The notes under the pieces are model-generated. The model saw only the letters and a program-made list of their open reading frames with translations. It was not told the origin of the DNA and did not search any database. From Patescibacteria group bacterium (GTDB lineage Bacteria > Patescibacteriota > Patescibacteriia > JACRDY01): DNA of 64,000 bases. This document shows, piece after piece, positions 30,416-41,729 of this stretch. The DNA lies in the NCBI GenBank assembly GCA_041653535.1, contig JBAZFH010000005.1, positions 12,012 through 76,011 on the forward strand, given 5' to 3'. Position 1 is the stretch's first letter, and each line of letters begins with the position of its first letter. The translations under genes and the position numbers were made by a program.

Positions 30416-30539
30416 AAGATAATTTTAGCGAAAATATGACTAAAAATCAATCTATTTTTTTACCAAAAAACCCCGTAAAAACAGGGCTTTTTATTAAAAA
30501 TTTGAAACGGAAAAGCTATTTATAAAAAAACTTTGTCTG

Positions 30540-33500
30540 TTACGGTTTTTCGTTATATTCCTGTCCCTCGCCGACATCAATATTCAATCTTGTTTCAAAA
30601 TCAGCCGGGCTGCCGATGATCTCTGTATTGCGAACAAAAGTTCCTGCTTCGCGCAAAACTATATTACGGTCGGGAAAAAAAGTATAACGAACATCCCGAC
30701 CGGGAGCACTGACCTCAAAACCAATACTGTTATCAGCTTTATTTTCTTCGATACTTTTAATAACAGCGTTTTCTCCTAAACTATATTGCCCCAAATTGAA
30801 ACCTCGGCTGGACAGCAAGGCATCAATATATGTTTTAGCATTTGATGTTTTTATAAAATCGACAGAAAAACGTTCGGTATCAATCCATGTTTCAATAAAT
30901 TTTTGTGCTTGAGAATCGGTCACAAATTCCTCTCTGATTATATTTTCGGCGTTGGTAGTGATCACTCCTTCGGTATCAGCCACAATCGCACGAATGGCCG
31001 TATCAAGATGGCTAGCAGGAAAGTATTGATCTTTTCCGATACGATTAATTTTTACGCTGCTGGTCTTGCTGTCGATTATTAAATCATCCCTGGCACCGGA
31101 ATCATAACCAGCCGCGTGCAGTCCTGAGATCTCCAGCCTGCCGTGTTTAGCCGTAATCATCGGCTCATCGTCAAACTCTAATCCGCCGACATTTAAAAAT
31201 TCTCTCAAATGCAAATTATTCACTGAAGGATTGGCATAAATCGATGCCAATATAAATCCTTTCTTAGCGTCAACACTGCGCAGACTTTGAGAAAACTCTA
31301 GTCCGCTTCTTATTTCGTTCGGATTATAAGACTCTTTTATTAAATTTTGAGCAATCTCGCATTGTGATCTATTACCTAATAAATTAACGTCGCCGCCGCT
31401 TTTTTCTACAAACCGGCTTACTTCTTCGATCTTTGGTTCTCCTAAATAATGATCAACAGCAAAGCGAACATCACTGATTAATTGATTGGCTTTACTGTTG
31501 TCAATTTGATATTCCTTTGTTACCGAATCACGAATATCAATAATTTCTTTAATATATTGATTAATATTCCTAACGTCGGTTTTATTAATAGAAACTTCGG
31601 CTAAAGTCTGAGCATGTACTACTTCGCTACCAAACATCACATAAACCTTGGAACCACCTTCTGTTTCCACCCGAGCCAAACGTAAATTTTGTTCTGACGA
31701 TACAGTAATGCCATACTCTGCCGGATTCAACACCTCTAATTTTGCGGCATCGCTTATTTCCACGCCTTCATTGGTTAAGACTCGCGTAATATCTTCTGTG
31801 TTGATTGATTCAATATTTATTTCCGGGGAAGGAGCGGAGTATTGGTCATAATTTTGGAGAATATCGCCAAAATTATTAGTTTTTCCTTCCGGTAACCGTA
31901 AACCTTCCGCCTTTACTAACTTACCGTCATCACTCAAATAGACACCGCTGCCGCTGCCGTCTAAAGCTTTGACCAAGACATTTTTTGAACCAGCCCCATC
32001 GACTCTAAAAGCACGACCGTTAGATTGAAAAATAAAACTTTTGTCCGGACCGATCTTGATACTTTGGATAGTATCGCGATTAACCTGTAATCGTTCTTGC
32101 AAATAATTGAGGCGTAAAGTTTCTTCTGACACTCGACGCGCGTCCGCGACACCAACGCCTTTAATAATATCTATTGCTCCATTATTAGCAATAATCATTC
32201 TATTGCCGGCGTAAGCAAGATTTTCTTCGCGAGCAGCGGCAACGCCGATAGCTTTATCAATCAAAGATTGGTTTACCTCGTCTCCGTCCCCCGAAAGGAC
32301 ATCTTCACCTAAATAATTTTTGACAAAAGCCGTCGCTAGGCGCGAGTCATAATTACTGCTTTTTTCATCTAGTTGATCGTGCAATATTTTAGTTAAGGTG
32401 TCACCTTGTTTTACCACCGCAACTCGGTTAGTTTGTATTATATTATCGATTTCCTTAAAATCGCCTTTGGCAAATATCTTGTTTAGTTCTTCCAATGATT
32501 CCCGGGAGCTGTCGCCGCTCAAAGACCCTGGACCACCCAATGCTTTTTCCATATTTTGCAGAATGAGTGCCGCATTATCAGTCTGCAATATGTAGTTGAT
32601 TATATCTTGATCGGCATTTGGCAGTGCTGAAATTTTACTGATAACATCGACAACATTTCTATCACTCTGATCAAAAATACCATCTTTGACCAAACCATAA
32701 ACCACGTATTCCCGTGATCCCTCCGGTAAATTTTTCACTGCTGCGATTGCTTCGTTTAATTGACTCGCTGTTTCCGGCTCTATACCTCCCCGGGATAATT
32801 TCTCCAATAAAGCAATCTGAATCTCCGGTGATTTAATTTTAGTGGCGGTCTCGACTAAGCCACTCACTCTGCTGATAGCCTCAGGCGAGAACCCGTCCTT
32901 TGCTATAGCTGACACCGTATAACCTTCGACCTGTTGGCTGATTTTACCGTGCAAATTAGCAACCAGAGTACCGGCAGCCTCTATCTGTTCTTTTTGCAAC
33001 CCGCTATTAGCTAAAGAGTTGATAATATTAGATTTTTCCGTATCATCAGAAATATCTTTTACAATCGAAAAAACATCATCCAGCCGCTGGTTCACTTCAT
33101 TAACCCCTTCGATATTATTGATACCGCCGACAAAAGATTCTGGTAAAGCGGCTCGCTGTAAATTCTCGTCTAATTTCACTAAAGATACGATTTCTTGTTC
33201 ATTTATGCGACCGTCTTTGGCGATATTGTTTACCGTGTCCTCTGACAAAATACTAAGTTTAGGCATCACTTCAGCCGTACTCTGACCGGCCCAATCGGAC
33301 AAGGTTTTTACCCCGGTATCATTCCCTATGACACCGGCTACCTCCCGCAAGCTCCCCGCCACTTGTTGTGAAAAACCCCTCACCTGCGATAAAGTCTTAT
33401 TTTCAGAAATTTCTCTAAAAACATCTTTGCTGGCCTGAGATTGAAAAACCGGCTTGACAGTGTGATCGCCGCCCAGCCATTGACCCAGCTCTTGTATTGC

Positions 33501-36500
33501 TTCCGGACCAAGCAAGGCTCCGGCAGCGGCACCTACCGCCTGTGAAGCACCGATAATTATTTTTCTATGTTTTTCCAGATTTTTTCTGCGCAAAAAATTG
33601 CTTTCCAGGTCGTTGGTTATCTGTTGAACCGTCTCGGTTAATTTTTTAGCATTTTTTATCTTTAAAGTCGTAAAATATTCCACCTTTTCCCGCAGCCGAA
33701 CGTAATCTCCAGGGTGCTGTTTTTTAAATTTCTGATCCAAAAGTTGCGCTCGAGCTCTAGCCATCAGTTGATCATTGACGTTATCCTTGTTTAGTTGTTC
33801 GGCGGTGATAAATCCTAATTCTCTAAAACCACCCATCTTACTGGTTGCCAGTATAGCGGCGCTTTCAAAAGCTTTGGCTCCAGAATAAGCAAAAAGTCCC
33901 TGGCGGACAGCCGGCATAGTACGCGCCAACATACCGGCAAAAGTAAATACTGCGGCTGTTTTCATTTTTTCTTTTGCCGTTGTACCGCCGCTCCATAGTG
34001 ATTTTAATGAATCCGGCAAAACCCGATCGAGCCAGGAAAAACTTTTTTCCAAAACACCAGGAGCCCGATCCGCTATTTTTGCCTCCATCACCGCAGTGCT
34101 GCGATCCACCGCTAACAACGCTCTGACCTGATCTAATATTTTATCAATATTTTCCGCAGGCATTTCGGTATTTTCCAGTTTTTTCCGGATATCGTCCAAA
34201 TAAACAGAAGATTGCATATCAATAAGTTTTTCATACCTGACGTAATCATTATTTTTTCTGGCTTTATTTTTTTCTTGATCAAAATCGGCAAAAACCCTTT
34301 CTTGTCGATCGATTTGATGCTGCTTACTAATAGCTAAGTCGGCTGTTAGATTGGCAACGAGTAAATTCAGCCACTGTTGTCCCTCAGGAGAATCTTTGCT
34401 TATTTCTCTTTTTATTTTTTTTAAATTGTCGCTTAGCTCCCGTTCGGATCTACCTCCGGAAATTTTAGCGTCAATCATACGTACCACTCCCATACTCAAC
34501 GCTCCGCCGACTCCACCGGTTGCTAAAGTGGCGACTGTCCCTATCCCGGCGTACATTCCGATTTTTCCCGTTACTTTTCCCGCTCCTTTTAGCTTGCTCC
34601 AAAAACCACGCTTAGTGTCGGTTCTGCCTAGTTGTTTTGCCAGCTCTGTCAGTTCTTGCTCCCTGCGATCAATGCTCCGATAAATATCATCTTGATCTAA
34701 ACCAGTCAAATCTAAAAAATTTTTGGCAAGATTATTTAATCCGCTGCCAGAAGTCAATATTTCTTTTAAAAGCTGGCTTATTTCTTCAACCACTCTTTGG
34801 TCGCGAAAAAATTCTTTACTGTTAGCAAATTTGGCTTGTTGCAAAGGTTTAGTTAACTCCTCATAATCAGCTCCCGGCATCGCCATCCTGATCTTCGCCT
34901 CATTAATTATCTCACGGATATCCTTGTTTTTTTCTTTAGGAGCGGCTAAATATCTTTTTATCAAATCGAGCAGATCTTTATATTTTTGCTCCGCCCGGAC
35001 TAGAGTTTCAATATTTTCCAGCGTTGCTTCACGCTGATACCACTCTCTGGCGTTAGACACGTCTTCCCGCAAAAGATAGACCTCTTTTTCCAAGGGAAAT
35101 TCCGGCCATTTATTTTTTATAAAACCAAACATTTCTTCGCTAAGGACAGACAATTGTTTCGCCTGGTCTACCAGCGATTCTATCGCATCTTTTGAACCTA
35201 CCATACTTTTTTTCTCTGCCGTTCCTGATTCTATATTATTTTTATTTTCTTCCGTCGTTTCTAGAGAATAATCAATTTTTTTATCATTAAAAAAATCTTT
35301 AATGTTATTGATCAAGCCAGGCGTGCGGCGTTCAACAAAATCTAAATAAATCTGAGTATTTGCCGGATTATCAAAATCAAAATCTGGGCTGTTTATTTTT
35401 TTAACATCCGCATAATACTGTTGTATTGCCAAACCTACCGGGTCGTTTTCAGAAAAATTGGAAAAATCGTGATGTTTTTTCAAAACAGACAAAAGTTTAT
35501 CCGCTTCTTGTCGAACGGCTAAAAATCTTTCCTTCAACTCGCCTCCTTCTTTTTCGATAGCCGTCTCTCCTGGATTTATTTGCCATTGAGCTAAAGTATC
35601 TAAAGAAAAATCATGATTTAAAAATGATTCTCCCATACGATGAGCGGTCACCATGCCATCATTTTCATCAACCTCTTTGATTATCCAGTCATTTTCATAT
35701 TGTCCATTGATAAAAACTCTTACCATGTCGCCGGCTATTAACACGCCGTTGGCGACCCTTTCCCAATTCTCTTTCTGGTTATCATGAGCCGCCTTTATAA
35801 TTTCTTTCATTTTTTTCTCTGTTTCATCTATCTCTCCAGTAGACAATTTCGCCAAAAATTTTTGATCAAATCCATTATTAATAAAAGACTCTCTCTGTCC
35901 ATAATCCTGCGGGGACAGAAAATAGGTCAATTCCGACGGCATCTCTTTCAATACAATAAATCTATCAAGCAACCGTTCCACTGCTTGTTTATGTTCTTTA
36001 GGATTATTAATAGAATCCAAAGACGTTGCTCCTTTATCTAACCCCTTTTCTGGCAAGCGGTCCCGTACTACTAATCGAGCGATCTCATCCGCCTCTCGTC
36101 CACTTATTATTGATTCTTTTTTTATGCCCTTCACTACATAATCGCTATCGCTAAATTCAGGAAAATCATAATTTTGTATCGTTTCTTCGGTGGAGATTAT
36201 TTTACCGTCGCCATTTTGACGGATAACATTCTCTCCGGACGCAATGCCAAATTTTTGGGGGTGGAAAGTACTTACTTCCTTACTACCGGCGTTGACATCT
36301 ACCGCAACGTCAAAATCACCGGATGCGGCCGCTTTTTTTAGCATCTCGGCTTCTTTATCGCTCAATCTTCGTTCCACCGGTTTTGGGATATTAGCGGGAC
36401 GAGACTTTTCCTGAGCTGATATCGCTGTATTATTTGCCCCACTTAAAGCTTCGTTTGTAACATCTATTTCTTCCCTTTCTGGTGGTTTTTTTTCCGTATT

Positions 36501-37757
36501 AACAGTCGGTGAAATATTACCGCGAGCAGCCACCCTGGCGTTTTCCCATTCTAAAACTCCTTCCTCCACTTCGCCCTCTCCTGCCAATCGAAACATATCT
36601 CCCACTCGAGACATGTGTTCCGCTAATGATTTGAAATCTTTACCCTGAACGTGTCTTTGCGGCGGAACAGTATCCCGCGTACGAGGAAGAGGCGGCTCTT
36701 TTTTTGCCTTATCTTTTATAAAAGAAGCTAATCCTTTTATTAATACCTCTTTTTGCTGATCGCTAAAATATGTTTTTTGAGGTTTTGTTTCTGGTCCAGC
36801 TTGTTCTACGGGAGCTACCTGGATGTTCGGATCATTCGATACAATATTTTGTTCTTTTTTATCCTGTTCTTTTTTCCAAAGATCATAATCATCGGCAGTA
36901 GCCGCAATAGATTGACCGACAAATTCTTTTTTACCCCTACCAATAGCCAAATAATCACCGCTGACCGCCAATTCCTTCAACTTGTCAGAGTCGAGCTCGT
37001 CTTTTAACTCCCAAAATTTTTCACCCCAAAGCTTGTTATTTTGCACTATTTCTTTCATGTCTTCCTGATCTGGCCGACTTTCCAACCCCCGTAAAATACG
37101 ACCGCCGCCCAAGATAAAAAGCTTAAGCGCCTCACTATATCTTTTTCTCCACTCACCGACGCCGATTTCTGTTTTTTTATTTTCGTCATCAAGCACGGCA
37201 AGCGCCTGACTGGCAATAAAAAATTCTCTGATCTCTTGTTTTACGAAAGTAGTAGTGCGTTTGTTTTTTAAAACTTTTGACAACATAGCCCATAGATTTT
37301 TGGCCTCTTTTTCTTGGATCAGCAAATTTTCATCCTCTTTTTTTTCCATGTCTTCCAAAACCGCCTGATCTCTTGCTTGCCGCTGCAATACTTGTTCTAG
37401 CTGAAAAAATTTTTCCACCAGCTTACTGCCGATTTTTACGATAGTTTTCAATCTTTTCACGTCAGTAACGCTGATATTTTTTTGCTTATTTAAAAAATCA
37501 TCTATTTCTTGCTTAAGATTTTTATCTTTAACTAAAAACTCGCTCTTACTATGAGCGGCAAGATTTTCAAATATTCTTTTTAAATCCGCTTCCAGCTTTG
37601 CTTCTTTTAAATCGTTTCTTTCTTGCGCGGAATTTCCAGATGGTTGACACTTCCCCTTCTTTTTATCTTCAATCCTCTTCCTGCCAGATGCCTTATGGTC
37701 TTCCAGCCTTTCTTTTTGTTTATCTTGGAAACCACCTGATGGTTTTGGCTCTCGCAT
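30540..37757 (-). CDS. giant hypothetical protein (2405 aa), highly charged/coiled-coil with a central Gly-zipper hydrophobic hairpin
   Basis: Single uninterrupted ORF. No N-terminal signal peptide. Gly-rich segment GKVTGKIGMYAGIGTVATLATGGVGGALSMGVV. No recognisable catalytic motifs. Confidence 0.75.
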   Translation of the reverse strand: MREPKPSGGFQDKQKERLEDHKASGRKRIEDKKKGKCQPSGNSAQERNDLKEAKLEADLKRIFENLAAHSKSEFLVKDKNLKQEIDDFLNKQKNISVTDVKRLKTIVKIGSKLVEKFFQLEQVLQRQARDQAVLEDMEKKEDENLLIQEKEAKNLWAMLSKVLKNKRTTTFVKQEIREFFIASQALAVLDDENKKTEIGVGEWRKRYSEALKLFILGGGRILRGLESRPDQEDMKEIVQNNKLWGEKFWELKDELDSDKLKELAVSGDYLAIGRGKKEFVGQSIAATADDYDLWKKEQDKKEQNIVSNDPNIQVAPVEQAGPETKPQKTYFSDQQKEVLIKGLASFIKDKAKKEPPLPRTRDTVPPQRHVQGKDFKSLAEHMSRVGDMFRLAGEGEVEEGVLEWENARVAARGNISPTVNTEKKPPEREEIDVTNEALSGANNTAISAQEKSRPANIPKPVERRLSDKEAEMLKKAAASGDFDVAVDVNAGSKEVSTFHPQKFGIASGENVIRQNGDGKIISTEETIQNYDFPEFSDSDYVVKGIKKESIISGREADEIARLVVRDRLPEKGLDKGATSLDSINNPKEHKQAVERLLDRFIVLKEMPSELTYFLSPQDYGQRESFINNGFDQKFLAKLSTGEIDETEKKMKEIIKAAHDNQKENWERVANGVLIAGDMVRVFINGQYENDWIIKEVDENDGMVTAHRMGESFLNHDFSLDTLAQWQINPGETAIEKEGGELKERFLAVRQEADKLLSVLKKHHDFSNFSENDPVGLAIQQYYADVKKINSPDFDFDNPANTQIYLDFVERRTPGLINNIKDFFNDKKIDYSLETTEENKNNIESGTAEKKSMVGSKDAIESLVDQAKQLSVLSEEMFGFIKNKWPEFPLEKEVYLLREDVSNAREWYQREATLENIETLVRAEQKYKDLLDLIKRYLAAPKEKNKDIREIINEAKIRMAMPGADYEELTKPLQQAKFANSKEFFRDQRVVEEISQLLKEILTSGSGLNNLAKNFLDLTGLDQDDIYRSIDRREQELTELAKQLGRTDTKRGFWSKLKGAGKVTGKIGMYAGIGTVATLATGGVGGALSMGVVRMIDAKISGGRSERELSDNLKKIKREISKDSPEGQQWLNLLVANLTADLAISKQHQIDRQERVFADFDQEKNKARKNNDYVRYEKLIDMQSSVYLDDIRKKLENTEMPAENIDKILDQVRALLAVDRSTAVMEAKIADRAPGVLEKSFSWLDRVLPDSLKSLWSGGTTAKEKMKTAAVFTFAGMLARTMPAVRQGLFAYSGAKAFESAAILATSKMGGFRELGFITAEQLNKDNVNDQLMARARAQLLDQKFKKQHPGDYVRLREKVEYFTTLKIKNAKKLTETVQQITNDLESNFLRRKNLEKHRKIIIGASQAVGAAAGALLGPEAIQELGQWLGGDHTVKPVFQSQASKDVFREISENKTLSQVRGFSQQVAGSLREVAGVIGNDTGVKTLSDWAGQSTAEVMPKLSILSEDTVNNIAKDGRINEQEIVSLVKLDENLQRAALPESFVGGINNIEGVNEVNQRLDDVFSIVKDISDDTEKSNIINSLANSGLQKEQIEAAGTLVANLHGKISQQVEGYTVSAIAKDGFSPEAISRVSGLVETATKIKSPEIQIALLEKLSRGGIEPETASQLNEAIAAVKNLPEGSREYVVYGLVKDGIFDQSDRNVVDVISKISALPNADQDIINYILQTDNAALILQNMEKALGGPGSLSGDSSRESLEELNKIFAKGDFKEIDNIIQTNRVAVVKQGDTLTKILHDQLDEKSSNYDSRLATAFVKNYLGEDVLSGDGDEVNQSLIDKAIGVAAAREENLAYAGNRMIIANNGAIDIIKGVGVADARRVSEETLRLNYLQERLQVNRDTIQSIKIGPDKSFIFQSNGRAFRVDGAGSKNVLVKALDGSGSGVYLSDDGKLVKAEGLRLPEGKTNNFGDILQNYDQYSAPSPEINIESINTEDITRVLTNEGVEISDAAKLEVLNPAEYGITVSSEQNLRLARVETEGGSKVYVMFGSEVVHAQTLAEVSINKTDVRNINQYIKEIIDIRDSVTKEYQIDNSKANQLISDVRFAVDHYLGEPKIEEVSRFVEKSGGDVNLLGNRSQCEIAQNLIKESYNPNEIRSGLEFSQSLRSVDAKKGFILASIYANPSVNNLHLREFLNVGGLEFDDEPMITAKHGRLEISGLHAAGYDSGARDDLIIDSKTSSVKINRIGKDQYFPASHLDTAIRAIVADTEGVITTNAENIIREEFVTDSQAQKFIETWIDTERFSVDFIKTSNAKTYIDALLSSRGFNLGQYSLGENAVIKSIEENKADNSIGFEVSAPGRDVRYTFFPDRNIVLREAGTFVRNTEIIGSPADFETRLNIDVGEGQEYNEKP

Positions 37758-37781
37758 AGCTATATAATAATACGTAAAATT

Positions 37782-37979
37782 TTATTTATCTTTCAATTTT
37801 TTTATATCTTCTTCCAGCTGCTGAACTCGCAGATCTTCAACTTGTTTAAGATAACTATTGATTATATGATCTTTTTCAGCAAAAAGCTTATCAAACTCAC
37901 GCTGATACTGCGCCGTAAGCTCTTTTAGTTTTTTGATTTTTTCCGTTAGCAAATCGGCGTTTGTCTTAACATCGTCCAT
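37782..37979 (-). CDS. small coiled-coil protein (65 aa) immediately upstream of the giant gene
   Basis: ORF lies 24 nt upstream of the giant ORF start with a heptad-like sequence. Low confidence. Confidence 0.35.
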   Translation of the reverse strand: MDDVKTNADLLTEKIKKLKELTAQYQREFDKLFAEKDHIINSYLKQVEDLRVQQLEEDIKKLKDK

Positions 37980-38010
37980 GTTTGTAATTTTTTAAAAAAG
38001 AAGCAAAAAT

Positions 38011-38364
38011 TTACTCCTTTTTGGCAGCAGCGATAAACTCGGCGGCAAAATCCTGCAGCCCTTGCTGTACTTTTTCCGGAAAATTATCTATCTTACCGGC
38101 GAAAAATTGCTGCAAAGCGGCATTGCTGATTTTCGGTTCGCGCTCCATCATCTGGCGAAACTCGTCTAGACCGGCTGAGTCGAGCTCTTGCATGGCTATT
38201 ACGCCAATACGACGATCTATCTGCACTCGCAATTTATCAATATAATCCGCTTTGTATTCATCAGGCATGCCATCCAAGCCGGCGGCTAAAATCAAGTTTT
38301 GAATAAAGACTTCCATTGGATCTTGTGCCATATTTTTATTTATTTTTCCGTTAAAGGAAAACAA
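38011..38364 (-). CDS. hypothetical protein (about 106-117 aa)
   Basis: ORF; likely start at MAQDPMEVF. No family recognised. Confidence 0.4.
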   Translation of the reverse strand: MFSFNGKINKNMAQDPMEVFIQNLILAAGLDGMPDEYKADYIDKLRVQIDRRIGVIAMQELDSAGLDEFRQMMEREPKISNAALQQFFAGKIDNFPEKVQQGLQDFAAEFIAAAKKE

Positions 38365-38685
38365 CTATTTATTAGTTTTATTTTGCTAAATTATAGCTAA
38401 AATGGCTAAAAAAATCAAATAAAAACTTTGCTTTGCAAAGAAAAAACCGTACATTGTGACATATGTTAACAAAAGTCTAATATAACAAACAGAAAAGACG
38501 CATTTAAAACTAAACCCTGCAGACCCATTATAGTAACGATTGCGCAACAACAATCCCGTCCGCTAAATTATGCGGAAACAGAAAAACGATACATGGTAAC
38601 TGCTAATCACAAAAGAGCAAACATTGCTGTCTGCTCTTATTTTTACTGAAACTATAGCATTACCCCGTTTTCCAGCTCTCTGTCC

Positions 38686-39798
38686 TTATTTTATCATTTT
38701 ATTCCCTTTAAATTCCTGATAAGTTTTTTCAATATAGTCGGTGATTCTTTTTTTAAATTCTTCCACACCAAAATTTTGCGCGTGTTGACGGATTTTTTTC
38801 GAATCATATTTTTCCGGTTTGAAACGAATAACGGCGTCGGACAAACTCTCCCAGGTTTGCTCGTCGAAAAACTCGCCCGTCACCCCAGGGATAATAGTTT
38901 CCAAAGCGCCACCTACCGGATAAGCAATTACCGGCCGACCGGCTGCCATTGCTTCTACTGCCGTAATACCAAAATCCTCTTCTTGTGGATTGATAAAACC
39001 CAGACAATGAGCGCAAAGTTCTGCTTTACGCTGATCGGATATTTTGCCGACAAATTCGATGTGCGATTTTGCCATTTTACGGAGACGCGCTTCTTCCGGT
39101 CCAGTGCCAAATATTTTAAGCGGAATGCCCAGTTTATTGAAGGCCTGCACGATAATATCAAAACGCTTATATGGCACCAGCCTGCCGCCCGCCAAATAAT
39201 AGTGATTGAGCTGATCCGCTTGATAAAACTTTTCTGTTTCTACCGGCGGATAAATCACCTCGCTATTACGACGATAATATTTATTAATTCTTGCCGCGAC
39301 ATTGTGTGAATTGGCAATAAAATTATCCACTCGATCGGCAGCCAGACGATCCCATTTACGCAGTCTAGTCAAATAAAAAGGTAAAAACTTTTTGAGCAAT
39401 GGACTAGCTTTCAACTCACGCAGATAGCTATGCGTGTCCGTCCAGAGATATCTGGTCGGAGTATGACAATAACAAATATGCAAAGTTTTTGGACCGGTAA
39501 TCACTCCTTTTGCCATGGCTGATGCTGAAGATAAAACCAAATCGTAATCGTTTAAATCGTGGCGCTCGGTAGCCATCGGCATCATCGGCAAATACCATTG
39601 ATATTTTTTAATAGCAAAAGGCATGTCTTGCAAAAAAGAAGGGCGAATGTCTTTTTTAGCAAAATCATTACCCATGGTTTTAGAATCATAGAGTAAAGTA
39701 AAAATCGGCGCCTCGGGAAAAATGTCCTGAAACGCCTTGAGAACTTTTTCAGCACCACCGTACTGAACTAAATGGTCGTGGATCAAAGCAACTTTCAT
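38686..39798 (-). CDS. glycosyltransferase family 4 (GT-B)
   Basis: MKVALIHDHLVQYGGAEKVL...APIFTL N-terminus and a C-terminal GT1 domain (GRPVIAYPVGGALETI). Confidence 0.85.
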   Translation of the reverse strand: MKVALIHDHLVQYGGAEKVLKAFQDIFPEAPIFTLLYDSKTMGNDFAKKDIRPSFLQDMPFAIKKYQWYLPMMPMATERHDLNDYDLVLSSASAMAKGVITGPKTLHICYCHTPTRYLWTDTHSYLRELKASPLLKKFLPFYLTRLRKWDRLAADRVDNFIANSHNVAARINKYYRRNSEVIYPPVETEKFYQADQLNHYYLAGGRLVPYKRFDIIVQAFNKLGIPLKIFGTGPEEARLRKMAKSHIEFVGKISDQRKAELCAHCLGFINPQEEDFGITAVEAMAAGRPVIAYPVGGALETIIPGVTGEFFDEQTWESLSDAVIRFKPEKYDSKKIRQHAQNFGVEEFKKRITDYIEKTYQEFKGNKMIK

Positions 39799-39808
39799 AA
39801 ATTAGTAT

Positions 39809-39837
39809 GCAGGATACAGGATACCGGATACAGGATT
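39809..39837. repeat. (ACAGGAT)n-like heptamer repeat, 3-4 units
   Basis: gcaggatacaggataccggatacaggatt. Confidence 0.7.
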
Positions 39838-39860
39838 AAAATACACACATAAGGAAACAC

Positions 39861-39914
<54 letters not shown>

Positions 39915-41339
39915 TTACACTTTACTTTTTCTCGTCAACACCACTATCGGAGTTCGGAGTAATATCCATAAATCAAGCAGTATACTCCAATTTTCAATAT
40001 AATACGTGTCTAATCTGACCTCCTCGTCAAAATCCAAATCCGACCGACCGGAAATCTGGGCAAGACCGGTAATCCCCGGCTTGATCGCTAACACCGCCTT
40101 ATGATGACGTTGATATTTTTCTACCTCACGCGGCTGATGCGGGCGCGGACCGACCAGACTCATATTACCAATTATCACGTTAATAATTTGAGGCAATTCA
40201 TCAAGACTGGTTTTTTCTAAAAACCGACCGACTCTGGTACGGCGAGGATCGTCGAGAACCTTGTAAACCGGACCTTGTCTTCGATTTTTTTCGGCAATCA
40301 ACTCTTTTTCGTATTCTTCGGCCTTGAGACTATCATAGCCCGGACCGGTGCAGTATTCTGTCTTCATCGAACGAAATTTGTAGGTATTAAAAACTCCTTC
40401 CCGACTCACTCGTTGGTTTTTATAAATCACCGGACCGCGTGAATCGATTTTTATCGCGATGCCAATGATAGCTAAAACCGGAAAAAGAACAGCTAACAAA
40501 AACAAAGCGAGAATAAAATCAAAAAATCTTTTGATAATCTTAGCCCAGCCATCCAGCGGAGTTTTGCGCAGCTCAATAATCGGCACGCCGGCAAGGGTGC
40601 TAATATCAACATTAGTTGCCTGAGCCTGAAATAAATCCGGAGCGTATTTGAAAGTCACATGATATTCGTCGCACCAGTCAACCAAATCAAGAATCTGTTC
40701 TTTAGGCAAATTTGGATCAACCTGCAAAACTTCGTCTAACTTTTTTTGCGCCAACAACTCCTGTACTGCTTTTTTTTCTTCTCCGTTAAACTGTTTAAAA
40801 ATCTTTACTACCCGTAACCCTATTGACGGCTTTTTTTCTATTTCTTGGCGAATCATTTCGGTTGTTTTGTCGCTGCCAAAAACAGCGATATAGTTTACGC
40901 CATAGCCGGCGGTAAAAAGAAATCTTTGCACTCCGCGAATCAATCCGCGACCGAAGCTAACTGTTAAAATACTTACCACCCAAACAGCAATAATAATAAA
41001 ACGGGAAGAAAATAATTCTTGTTTGCCAAAGAAAATAATCACGATCAACGTCAGTGTTGCCGTAGAGCAAGCGAGCAAGATACGGGAAAATTCGCCTAAA
41101 AATTTTCTCGATCCGGAAATTTTGTAGAGACCGGAAAACGCAAAAATTGCCAGCCAACAAACCGCCATCACCAAAACTATTTTGATGTACTGAGGAAAAG
41201 GCAAGGCGTAAATCACTGGACGAACATCAGTCAAAAAAGATTTGAACCGCAAAAAATATGCCAGCACTCCGGCTGCCACCACCATAAAATAATCAACCGG
41301 AACCAGCAAGGCACTGAACGTGAGTTCGGATTTTTTCAT
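39915..41339 (-). CDS. polyprenyl-phosphate sugar phosphotransferase (WbaP/EPS initiating bacterial sugar transferase)
   Basis: Multi-TM N-terminus and a C-terminal Bac_transf domain (DELPQIINVIIGNMSLVGPRP). Confidence 0.85.
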   Translation of the reverse strand: MKKSELTFSALLVPVDYFMVVAAGVLAYFLRFKSFLTDVRPVIYALPFPQYIKIVLVMAVCWLAIFAFSGLYKISGSRKFLGEFSRILLACSTATLTLIVIIFFGKQELFSSRFIIIAVWVVSILTVSFGRGLIRGVQRFLFTAGYGVNYIAVFGSDKTTEMIRQEIEKKPSIGLRVVKIFKQFNGEEKKAVQELLAQKKLDEVLQVDPNLPKEQILDLVDWCDEYHVTFKYAPDLFQAQATNVDISTLAGVPIIELRKTPLDGWAKIIKRFFDFILALFLLAVLFPVLAIIGIAIKIDSRGPVIYKNQRVSREGVFNTYKFRSMKTEYCTGPGYDSLKAEEYEKELIAEKNRRQGPVYKVLDDPRRTRVGRFLEKTSLDELPQIINVIIGNMSLVGPRPHQPREVEKYQRHHKAVLAIKPGITGLAQISGRSDLDFDEEVRLDTYYIENWSILLDLWILLRTPIVVLTRKSKV

Positions 41340-41729
41340 AAATTAGTAGCTAGTGGCTAGCGACTAGCAACTAGTGACTGGCGATTTTTACTGCCAGCTA
41401 CCAACTGCCAGCTACCATTTTCTGTCCCTATTCTATGTAAAATTTAGGTAAAAGTCAATTTAAAAAATTTTAGTTAGTGTAAAAAATGGGCTAATTTGAC
41501 ACATTTATCTTTATATTTTATATCAAAAAACGCTATTGACAAAGATTGTCTAACTTGGTAGGCTGCTATGATAAATAGAATTTTGACAATTAAAATAAAG
41601 AATTGAAAAATGGAGGTGAAAAAGATAGTAGTCTGGCTTATTTAGAGCCAAAACTTTGTTCGTGCGTGTTCTTACAATATGTTCAGTGTCCAACTCCAAC
41701 AACCCATTCATGTACAAGGAGAAAGAAAA

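Noticed and set aside
30416-30540. Hairpin ccccgtaaaaacaggg with T-runs between the giant gene and the downstream GT4
   Set aside because: The imperfect stem, probably a weak internal attenuator within the operon, is not strong enough to call a terminator.
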